A stretch of 34,452 nucleotides of DNA, taken from positions 1-34,452 of IMG/VR virus record IMGVR_UViG_3300045988_077029. One strand, written 5' to 3'. The notes beneath the pieces were generated by a model. It was not told the origin of the DNA and searched no databases. It saw nothing but the letters and a program-made list of their open reading frames with translations. This document shows positions 13,354 to 20,408 of the stretch, piece by piece; the stretch's first letter is position 1, and every line of letters starts with the position of its first letter. Position numbers and translations under genes: made by a program. This DNA comes from a virus.

Positions 13354-13654
13354 TTTCCTTCAGCTCCTTTACTTGGTCCGAGAGGCCCTTGATGACCTCG
13401 GCCATGTCGCTCATGGCCGACTGCATCTCGCTCATCAGCTGCTCCTGCGTTTTTGGCGGCGTGATGACGCCAAGCTCGACGAGCTTGTCGTAATACTCCT
13501 GCGTGGTGGCTTCCAGCTCGGCGTATGCCGAGGTAGTCTTGCCGATGAGCTGCTGGCGGTTGCCGAAATAGTCGGCCTGGAAAATATCACCGTTGTCGAT
13601 AACACACATCATGCAGTTTCCGCCGCTGTATCCGGCAATTGCAAACTGGTCCAT
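13250..13654 (-). CDS. Hypothetical protein (134 aa), first gene of the minus-strand accessory cassette
   Basis: AAAGGAGGTG Shine-Dalgarno 7 nt upstream of the ATG. Confidence 0.6.
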   Translation of the reverse strand: MDQFAIAGYSGGNCMMCVIDNGDIFQADYFGNRQQLIGKTTSAYAELEATTQEYYDKLVELGVITPPKTQEQLMSEMQSAMSDMAEVIKGLSDQVKELKENGPQATLSGSGENVPFRKPARRGGESGAGDQRDG

Positions 13655-13708
13655 GCGCGCGCACCTCCTTTTGTTGCCTCTATCATACCGTGGATCGCGC
13701 CCCGCAAA

Positions 13709-13736
13709 TGGTCATCGTTTGGTCATTATTTGGTCA
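13709..13736 (+). repeat. Three TGGTCA boxes at exact 11-bp phase in the divergent control region
   Basis: TGGTCA at 13709, 13720 and 13731. Confidence 0.6.
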
Positions 13737-13758
13737 AAAAATATTTTGCAAAATCCTC

Positions 13759-13787
13759 TTGACAACGCGCTAATATTAGCGTATAAT
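13759..13787 (+). promoter_or_regulatory. Perfect sigma70 consensus promoter TTGACA-17-TATAAT, with the 14-bp palindrome CGCTAATATTAGCG in the spacer
   Basis: Read directly. Palindrome at 13768-13781. Confidence 0.8.
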
Positions 13788-13832
13788 AAGCATGTAAACA
13801 AGAGAGGGGCAACACCTTGGGAGGATACAACA

Positions 13833-14219
13833 ATGACTAAGACTTATGCTTGGACGACCGCAAGAGGCGCTAAGATCTCTGCAACGATCACCTCTAACCA
13901 TATCACCCGCGAGACCGTTTATGCTGATGGCTGGAACGTCGAATGCGATTGCAGCAAGTACACGTACAGCGTGGACGAGCTCACCGTCAACGGCAAGCCG
14001 ACCGAGCTTAAAGAAATGTGGAACGAGCGCGGTATCCCCTGCATCCTGATCGCCCGCAAAGGCAACGACCGCGTGCTGGCTGCTATCCCTGATGACATTG
14101 CCGCTGATATCTATGGCGAGGAGCGCGAAGAAAACAAGCGGAAATTCGAGGCTGCCAAGAAGGCCGAGGAAATCTACGACGCGCACTGTGAAATGATGCG
14201 CAAGGCCATGAGTTACTAA
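13833..14219 (+). CDS. Hypothetical protein (128 aa), first gene behind the consensus promoter
   Basis: GGGAGGA Shine-Dalgarno. MTKTYAWTTARGAKISATI... No motif recognised. Confidence 0.65.
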   Translation: MTKTYAWTTARGAKISATITSNHITRETVYADGWNVECDCSKYTYSVDELTVNGKPTELKEMWNERGIPCILIARKGNDRVLAAIPDDIAADIYGEEREENKRKFEAAKKAEEIYDAHCEMMRKAMSY

Positions 14220-14238
14220 TGGAGGCAAGATAACCGAT

Positions 14239-14520
14239 ATGCGAAAAAAATATGCCGACTGCAAGCAGGCTGACGGTGACTGCACGACGTGCTCGCTCGT
14301 CTCTTATGGCCGCGACTGCCATAACCGCGTGATATCAAAATTGGAATGGTCGCGCCGCATGGCCGAGCTGACGCAAGCCAGCCTTGCTGAGAGGTCCGGC
14401 GTGAACGTCCGCCAGATCCAGCGTGTAGAGCTGGGGGAGGCCGAAGCCGGGAACTTGACAGCCAGAAACCTGATTGCCATTGCCGACGTGCTCGGCGTAG
14501 ATGCAAAATCTTTGTTATAA
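14239..14520 (+). CDS. XRE HTH regulator with an N-terminal 4-Cys cluster (93 aa)
   Basis: CKQADGDCTTCSLVSYGRDC, then MAELTQASLAERSGVNVRQIQRVELGE. Confidence 0.7.
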   Translation: MRKKYADCKQADGDCTTCSLVSYGRDCHNRVISKLEWSRRMAELTQASLAERSGVNVRQIQRVELGEAEAGNLTARNLIAIADVLGVDAKSLL

Positions 14521-14536
14521 CAAGGGAGTGGATCAA

Positions 14537-14710
14537 ATGAGTAGCTTTTTTATTGCAAGCAAGGCCCAGGCGGAAGCGATCCTCGAAGAGTTTGAAAGGT
14601 GCTGCGACTGCGGTAGTTGCGGCTTGAACACCGCCGAAGGGTGGAAATGCAGTTACCTCGCGGAACGTGCCAAAGAATACCTGGAAAAGCACCGCAACAA
14701 GAAAGAATAA
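14537..14710 (+). CDS. Small Cys-rich protein (57 aa)
   Basis: AAGGGAG Shine-Dalgarno. FERCCDCGSCGLNTAEGWKC. Confidence 0.5.
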   Translation: MSSFFIASKAQAEAILEEFERCCDCGSCGLNTAEGWKCSYLAERAKEYLEKHRNKKE

Positions 14711-14750
14711 AAAAAGAGAGCGCCGATTAACCTCGGTGCTCTCTTTGTCC
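14709..14750. terminator. Bidirectional hairpin terminator between convergent units (A-run, 12-bp stem, short T-run)
   Basis: aaaaa-agagagcgccga-ttaacc-tcggtgctctct-tt. Strong U-run on the minus-strand reading. Confidence 0.65.
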
Positions 14751-15047
14751 ATCTGCGATTTTTTCGTATGCCCGCCTGCGGCAGCGGTTGACTGCCTCCG
14801 GCGACAGGTGCAGCGCTGCACACACTTGCGCGTAGCTCTTGCGCCGCACGTCGCACTCGATAAGGCATGCCATCTCATCGGGAGGCAGGTCATAAGATTG
14901 GATGTATGCTATAGCCCTGCGTGGGGCCATAGAGGATAGTTGCGCGCGGATCGCTCGGTGCTGACTATTCATGCCCGTGTAAGGCTTGCAGAGGCGCTTG
15001 CGCGTGGGCTTTCGCCGCCCGCTCCTTCCTGTGCCCAAATCGGACAC
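14727..15047 (-). CDS. Sigma-70 region-4-like HTH protein (106 aa)
   Basis: LPPDEMACLIECDVRRKSYAQVCAALHLSPEAVNRCRRRAYEKI. GTG start 2 nt after the endolysin stop (an alternative ATG lies at 14972). Confidence 0.55.
   Translation of the reverse strand: MSDLGTGRSGRRKPTRKRLCKPYTGMNSQHRAIRAQLSSMAPRRAIAYIQSYDLPPDEMACLIECDVRRKSYAQVCAALHLSPEAVNRCRRRAYEKIADGQREHRG
15031..15047 (+). repeat. Dispersed pseudo-palindrome copy S2, GTGCCCAAATCGGACAC
   Basis: Identical 19-mer to S1. Covers the start codon of the sigma-like gene. Confidence 0.8.
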
Positions 15048-15049
15048 CG

Positions 15050-15664
15050 TTATTTTGTTGATCTCTGGATCATCGTCACGACTTCCTGCCGCGTGATAAA
15101 TCTCTGCGGCGCGCTGCCGTCCGTGATCTTTTCGGCCTTTGCCTTTTCCCAGTCTGCCTTTGCCCAGGTCGCCACGGGCTTCGTGCCGAGCTGCGCAAGG
15201 TAGTTGTCCATCATCTTGTTAAACGTTGCCTGATCCATGTACTCCTCCATTTCCGGCGGGTACTTGCCCGCCAAAATCATACTGCCGGAATATCTCCCGT
15301 GGTCATCCCACTGGATGTGCGGCTTATCGGGGAATTTCGTCCAGTCCCCGCCCCACGAAAAGCCCACCTGCTTGCCGATCTGCCCGCAGCGGGCGAAGAA
15401 CGACGGATCGTCGTACTCATGCCCCTTGACGTTTTTGCAAATGTCGAACGCAAGCCCCGCCTTGACAGAGTGGAACGTCGGGCGCGTCGCGGTCTTTGCC
15501 GCGTAGCCCATGCGCGCAAGATAGCGCTGGTACTCGTCGTCTCGCACCGTCTCCGTCACGAGCACCGGAAGACCCGCCTCCTTGCAGAGGTCGAGGAAGA
15601 TGGCGCAGTTTGCCCGCACGTCGGCGCGCAGGTCGGCAATGTCCCTACTGTGATACATTGTCAA
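15050..15664 (-). CDS. Endolysin, peptidase M15 (VanY / L-Ala-D-Glu peptidase-like)
   Basis: FHSVKAGLAFDI, WGGDW, DKPHIQW (H-D-H zinc ligand pattern). Follows holin-like genes. Confidence 0.8.
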   Translation of the reverse strand: MTMYHSRDIADLRADVRANCAIFLDLCKEAGLPVLVTETVRDDEYQRYLARMGYAAKTATRPTFHSVKAGLAFDICKNVKGHEYDDPSFFARCGQIGKQVGFSWGGDWTKFPDKPHIQWDDHGRYSGSMILAGKYPPEMEEYMDQATFNKMMDNYLAQLGTKPVATWAKADWEKAKAEKITDGSAPQRFITRQEVVTMIQRSTK

Positions 15665-15873
15665 TCTCCCTTTGCATCGATGACGTCCTGATTCTTCTGC
15701 GACTGAGTTCCGAAGTAGAACGCAATAATAGAGCTGTAGATCAGCATGAGCTGCTCGCCCGTGATCTTGTCAACGACAAAGCCGTAGATCACCGCGCCGG
15801 TGGCGGCGATCGTCACAATGCTCTTCACGCTGCACAGGTTCGCCAGTCTCTTTTTCAGCAAATCGTTATTCAT
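15661..15873 (-). CDS. Holin-like protein, two TM segments (70 aa)
   Basis: SIVTIAATGAVIYGFVV and LMLIYSSIIAFYFG. 4-nt overlap with the endolysin gene. Confidence 0.6.
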   Translation of the reverse strand: MNNDLLKKRLANLCSVKSIVTIAATGAVIYGFVVDKITGEQLMLIYSSIIAFYFGTQSQKNQDVIDAKGD

Positions 15874-16121
15874 AGTGTCGTTTCGTCCTTTCTGAAAATC
15901 TTGATGCCTGCCACAATGACAAGCTCTGTTGTCCATGCCTTGAACCAGCGTTCCGTCAGTACGTCCGGCGGCGGCACGCCGAGCGCCGTCATGGTGAGCG
16001 AGGCGACGGTGTACCACGTCAGGCTGAAAATAGCGATGGATATGTACCTGTCCCGCTTTCTCATTCTGCCCCAGCACTCCCGCGCCGCCGTCCACGCCTT
16101 TCTCACGACCGAACCTCCCAC
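15870..16121 (-). CDS. Small membrane protein (holin/antiholin-like). Start uncertain (16121 GTG or 16064 ATG)
   Basis: ISIAIFSLTWYTVASLTMTALG and ELVIVAGIKIF hydrophobic segments. Confidence 0.5.
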   Translation of the reverse strand: MGGSVVRKAWTAARECWGRMRKRDRYISIAIFSLTWYTVASLTMTALGVPPPDVLTERWFKAWTTELVIVAGIKIFRKDETTL

Positions 16122-16408
16122 TCGTCGATTTCGGACTTGATCTTGTCAATAAAACTGTTGCCGCCCAGCGCCTTATAGCCTTTGTAAAGGTAGATAAAAT
16201 CCTCAAGCTCATACTGACGGATCGTCTGGCTCTCGCGGTTTTTGTAGTATGTGTGCAGCATATCGTGCCGAAGCCCGCACTTTAGCGCGTCTTTGAGCTT
16301 GTCAAAGCCCAGCACCCGGTCCCGCACGGGCTTGATGAACAGCGCTGCCGCCCCGATGATGATCGTCACCTCGGAGCACAGCGCCGCGATGCTTGCCAAA
16401 TCTCCCAT
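16103..16408 (-). CDS. Hypothetical protein with an N-terminal TM helix (101 aa)
   Basis: AAGGAGAGG Shine-Dalgarno. VTIIIGAAALFI. Confidence 0.6.
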   Translation of the reverse strand: MGDLASIAALCSEVTIIIGAAALFIKPVRDRVLGFDKLKDALKCGLRHDMLHTYYKNRESQTIRQYELEDFIYLYKGYKALGGNSFIDKIKSEIDEWEVRS

Positions 16409-16419
16409 ATTCCTCTCCT

Positions 16420-16581
16420 TTACTCTTCGATTTCCACCCCATACCGCTCAAACATAGCGCGGATGGCGGGGTTGCGCAGCAGTTTCTTCCGCTGGCCATG
16501 GTTAAGGTCGTCGTAGACTGCTTGTAGTGCGGCCTTGACTTCCTTATTGTACGAGATGACTCGTTCCCTCAGAGTGTTCAT
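16420..16581 (-). CDS. Unlisted 53-aa ORF, MNTLRERVISYNKEVKAALQAVYDDLNHGQRKKLLRNPAIRAMFERYGVEIEE
   Basis: ATGA overlap with the upstream stop. Fills the otherwise empty gap. Its stop precedes the Shine-Dalgarno of the next gene. Confidence 0.5.
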   Translation of the reverse strand: MNTLRERVISYNKEVKAALQAVYDDLNHGQRKKLLRNPAIRAMFERYGVEIEE

Positions 16582-16772
16582 GCCGTCACCCCCGTCAGCA
16601 GCGCATCCAAAGCTTCGCGCAGCTCGGCATTGTCCTTTTCCAACGCCGCAATGCGTTCTTCGGGCGATGGTTCGGGCGTGGGCGCTTCTGCCGCCAGTTT
16701 TTCAAACTCCGCGACTTCTTCCGCTGTCATGTCACGGATTATGCCGTTTTCACAAATTTTCATGCTCGTCAT
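16578..16772 (-). CDS. Small coiled-coil hypothetical protein (64 aa)
   Basis: ORF track. EERIAALEKDNAELREALDALL. Confidence 0.55.
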   Translation of the reverse strand: MTSMKICENGIIRDMTAEEVAEFEKLAAEAPTPEPSPEERIAALEKDNAELREALDALLTGVTA

Positions 16773-17449
16773 TTCCTCCCATACAGTAATATCTTTCCGC
16801 CTGCAATTTTGTATGTCGCGTGACCGGAAAGTTTTACGCTTGTAATACTGTCTCCGTCAAACGGGATTGCGTTATACATCGTCGACAACCCCCCCGAGGC
16901 ATAGTTTGTTGGAGAGTTTGCATTAGGAGAACAAACGTGAACCCATCCGAATGGAAACGTCAAAATCTTGCCCCAACCATTAAATTGCCCGCCTTTTTTG
17001 GAATACGCCATACCGCTGAATTGTGGAAGGCTGTTATTGATAGAAATTGTTATACCAGAGTTAGTCTCAGTACTGCCAACCAAGCTTACTTTTCTGTACA
17101 GGAGTTCTTTATAATTTGGGAGGTTTTTGTATTCCCACACGAAAACATCGTTTGCGGCATCGACATCGACATCGATTTCCGCAATCTTTTCCCACGTCTC
17201 GCCCCTCGCAGCATCCACCGCTTCCCACGCAGTTGGCTTTCCCTCGGTGTCAACGGCCTTGACTTTGACAGTCTGACCCACGGTGGCGGCGGTTAGGCCA
17301 AGAGAGATATCAGTCCCGCCCGACGGGATACCCCTCACCGCCTTAGCCATCCCCGCCGGAAAGCTCAGTGGCGCGGTCGTCCCGCCTTTCTCGCGGATAG
17401 CGTCGGCGACTGCCGTAATGCTTTCGCCCTGTACCAGATATTCCGCCAT
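16769..17449 (-). CDS. Tail fibre / receptor-binding-region protein (226 aa)
   Basis: Internal ATG (MAEYLVQGES) overlapping the upstream stop. Position in the distal tail module. Confidence 0.5.
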   Translation of the reverse strand: MAEYLVQGESITAVADAIREKGGTTAPLSFPAGMAKAVRGIPSGGTDISLGLTAATVGQTVKVKAVDTEGKPTAWEAVDAARGETWEKIAEIDVDVDAANDVFVWEYKNLPNYKELLYRKVSLVGSTETNSGITISINNSLPQFSGMAYSKKGGQFNGWGKILTFPFGWVHVCSPNANSPTNYASGGLSTMYNAIPFDGDSITSVKLSGHATYKIAGGKILLYGRK

Positions 17450-18087
17450 CAGAACGTCCCTCCTTCCGCCGCGGGCACGGTTTCCGCCACCCACTCTTGC
17501 TGTTCAATGCTCCATCGCAGAAACGCCCCGTCGTCAGCCGCTTCCGGTAGCCGCGGTTGGTCGATTGTGCAGAAAGAGGATATTCTACTATTTTGCAGAT
17601 TCATATCGAAAAAAATATTGACGCCCCACTGATCGTAAAACGCCTTGCCATAGAACTGGTACGTTTCCACGCCTTCGATCATGATCCCAACAAAATATGC
17701 CTGTACCGGTAAGCGATCTTGATTATCCAAGAACCCGAATTTGAGCAATGCCCCACCGTTCTTGGCGGCAGCCGCAAGCTGAGTCCCGATGTCTGTAGAT
17801 ACATCGAATGAGATGGGTGTCCCAAGTCGCGATGGGTCTGCATTTACACCCGCGGAATACAGGTCGATGAGAACAGGTGATTTTTCCGCCACCCATTTCT
17901 TATTCCGTATGCGGAGAAAAGACCCTTCTTCCGCGCCATCAGGCTTTGGTAAACCGGCCTCCGCCCCCAAATATCTGCGCAAAGTGTCACCAGACACCTT
18001 TTTTGCCGTCCCATTTTGTTGCGCCACAAAGAGATCATCCGCCGATACAGCCTCCGCCGCAAGCAGATCGTCAATGGTTTTGTCCAT
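17449..18087 (-). CDS. Tail-fibre-region hypothetical protein (212 aa)
   Basis: AAGGAGGG Shine-Dalgarno before MDKTIDDLLAAE. Confidence 0.5.
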   Translation of the reverse strand: MDKTIDDLLAAEAVSADDLFVAQQNGTAKKVSGDTLRRYLGAEAGLPKPDGAEEGSFLRIRNKKWVAEKSPVLIDLYSAGVNADPSRLGTPISFDVSTDIGTQLAAAAKNGGALLKFGFLDNQDRLPVQAYFVGIMIEGVETYQFYGKAFYDQWGVNIFFDMNLQNSRISSFCTIDQPRLPEAADDGAFLRWSIEQQEWVAETVPAAEGGTF

Positions 18088-18101
18088 GTTGCCCTCCTTT
18101 A

Positions 18102-18377
18102 TCATAAAATGTTGATTATATGGTACACGTCCACCGCTCCGTAGACCACGGCAGCAACGTATAGCGCATACCGCGCCGCCCTCTCCCGTTGGCGGGACAG
18201 CCACCACAGCAGCCCCCACACGATGATGACCTTGTAACCTACCATCACCGTGACCTCCCGCATCAGCGGGTTTAGCTCCACCGCCCCGCCATGCAGCGCC
18301 CAGAGCGTGCATGATAGGTCGATCAGGTTGAGCGCGTAAGCGATGACAGCGGCATGTGCTCTTTTATAACTGTCCAT
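18102..18377 (-). CDS. DUF5658-like small membrane protein (91 aa)
   Basis: LIDLSCTLWALHGGAVELNPLM plus further TM helices. Overlaps the upstream gene by 55 nt. Confidence 0.5.
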   Translation of the reverse strand: MDSYKRAHAAVIAYALNLIDLSCTLWALHGGAVELNPLMREVTVMVGYKVIIVWGLLWWLSRQRERAARYALYVAAVVYGAVDVYHIINIL

Positions 18378-18886
18378 ATATCCTCCGCAGTAATCCCATA
18401 GTCGCTCAATGCACCAGGAATTTTAGCCATCGGTTTCGTGCACAGTTCCCGGATGGTCGTCATATCCGAATTGATGGAAAAATGCACTACCGTCTGGGTA
18501 TATCCGCGATCGCTTGTGCGAGCCCAGGAACCGCATTTCCGTCCGTCTACCATTAAGTCGTTTCCATCAATAAGAGCATCTATCTTACGACTTTCTAGCA
18601 TATCGCGCACAGCAGAAATGGATTCGTAACCGAAATTGCTTCCACCATTTTTTAGCTCCATGATGGATAAATCTCCCGGGAAGCAAATAATAGCCCCTCC
18701 GAGGTGCCACGCCTGATACAAAAATGCCCCATTGCGTGCACATACATTTGTGTCGATGTATTGAGGATGCCCGTAAACTACGGCTAGCTCACTCGAAAAC
18801 AAAAGCACAAGTCCATCTGATTGCCTTTCCATCAAATCCTTTGCAGCAGCCATTGCACCCTGATTATCAACGGTTCTATAAATCAT
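18323..18886 (-). CDS. Lipoate/biotin protein ligase-fold (BPL_LplA_LipB) catalytic-domain homologue (187 aa)
   Basis: By-eye alignment to E. coli LplA. HLGGAIICFPGDL aligns with SGGGAVFHDLGN. GNDLMVDGRKCGSWAR aligns with RNDLVV..GDRKVSGSAYR (Lys retained). VVHFSINSDMTTIREL aligns with HGTLLLNADLSRLANYL. Confidence 0.6.
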   Translation of the reverse strand: MIYRTVDNQGAMAAAKDLMERQSDGLVLLFSSELAVVYGHPQYIDTNVCARNGAFLYQAWHLGGAIICFPGDLSIMELKNGGSNFGYESISAVRDMLESRKIDALIDGNDLMVDGRKCGSWARTSDRGYTQTVVHFSINSDMTTIRELCTKPMAKIPGALSDYGITAEDIWTVIKEHMPLSSLTRST

Positions 18887-20403
18887 CACGTTACCCTCCT
18901 TATCCCAACACTAAAAGAGCTACTTACAGTTAATCCTTTGCTGTCCTTTTCTGTTGAGTATAAGCGGAAAATAGGCTTTGAATATACCTTCTCGTTTGTA
19001 AACTCATAGTCGCAAGATTTAACAACAGTTATCTTTTCATGCTCTTCAGTCTTTCCGTCTACGTAGTCTGTCCATTTGAATAACCGCATATATTCAGGAT
19101 CATCGTTTTCGGCTAATAGTTCCATAGTCCCATCAGTTTTATCGTATCTGTAATTTTTTGCAGAATACTTTACATCAGGCTGTACTTTTCCGTTATTGGC
19201 TATTCTAACTTTTTCGATGTCTCGTATCGTAACGGGGTCGTTGTCGATTAACAACATTGGTAATAGAGTCTTCCCATCGGTGATGGATTGATAGTATAGC
19301 CCGGACCTATCTGCCGCTTTTAACACATCTGCAAGAGACGCTTTTTCGTCTGGGATGGGGTCATAAATTTCAAGCAATTCAAGTGAGTATTCCACCGATG
19401 CGGTATATGTCGTATTGGGGGCAAATTTAATTTCTCGACCAAGATACGAGTTTGGTATCGAGGTTTCGTCTCTGCTCGAAGATATAGAGCAAACGTAAAA
19501 AGAAAATTCAGCGCCATTGACTTTGGTATCAAATTCGATGTAGTTGCCGGGTGGAAATCCACGAATCATAATCGTGTTGTAACTGTTGTGTTTAACCCCA
19601 GCGGTCTCTTTGGTAACGGTATATCCTGGATCTTTGTTGTACGGGTGCTGAAGCTGTATACCAGCCCATAACCCATCCGCATTAGCCAAAGGTGCCGGTG
19701 TGCATGCCTGTGCGCTGACGCACGATAGCCTATATTTTCCCCGTGGCAGCACTCCACACGTAATTTTGATCGTGTTATCTCCAATCAACTCTCCGGGGAT
19801 TGTTTCTGGCATCGTAAATTTCGAGCGAACATTTGCGCCGCGCGTCGAGCCATCATCTTCAATCGAGGCTACCTGTTGCTCCCCATAAGATGACCCGTAA
19901 GGAAAGTATTTCCAATAGCCGGAACTATCGCTGGATTTAATGCTGGTCATATCTTTTATTTTTAGGGGTAAGTCAACACCGCCATAAGCAGATAACTTAA
20001 ATCCCTTTTTATAAAAGTACCAAGCAATTTCCTGACCGAATTTTTTGCGCCTTTCCGCATACTCGCTCGGGTCCGTAAAACTTTCTTCTTTTAGCCATGT
20101 TTGAAGATCTGTCATACCGGGCAGCTTTGGGACAACAAGCTTGCCGAGCATATCCAGGATGTACAGTTCTACGAGCATTTCGTCTGTGGACGATACCCTT
20201 GTACTGATTACGCCTAGCAATGCTGCCCACCGCAGTGCCCCCTGCGTGCTCATGCCAACGGCAAGCCCCGCTAAAAAGCTTGCCTTGTCGTAACCGGCGG
20301 CGCTGGACGGCGTGACGGATACAGCACTCGCCGGTATCCCAACATTCCGCGTCTTGAGCATTTTCCCCGCCATAATGCCCTTAACAAAGCAATTTTTGTC
20401 CAT
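18886..20403 (-). CDS. Tail fibre / receptor-binding protein (505 aa), visibly AT-richer than the rest of the genome
   Basis: GGAG Shine-Dalgarno before MDKNCFVKG. Position after the Tal-like gene. 1-nt stop/start overlap with the LplA-like gene. Confidence 0.55.
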   Translation of the reverse strand: MDKNCFVKGIMAGKMLKTRNVGIPASAVSVTPSSAAGYDKASFLAGLAVGMSTQGALRWAALLGVISTRVSSTDEMLVELYILDMLGKLVVPKLPGMTDLQTWLKEESFTDPSEYAERRKKFGQEIAWYFYKKGFKLSAYGGVDLPLKIKDMTSIKSSDSSGYWKYFPYGSSYGEQQVASIEDDGSTRGANVRSKFTMPETIPGELIGDNTIKITCGVLPRGKYRLSCVSAQACTPAPLANADGLWAGIQLQHPYNKDPGYTVTKETAGVKHNSYNTIMIRGFPPGNYIEFDTKVNGAEFSFYVCSISSSRDETSIPNSYLGREIKFAPNTTYTASVEYSLELLEIYDPIPDEKASLADVLKAADRSGLYYQSITDGKTLLPMLLIDNDPVTIRDIEKVRIANNGKVQPDVKYSAKNYRYDKTDGTMELLAENDDPEYMRLFKWTDYVDGKTEEHEKITVVKSCDYEFTNEKVYSKPIFRLYSTEKDSKGLTVSSSFSVGIRRVT

Positions 20404-20408
20404 CCCTA

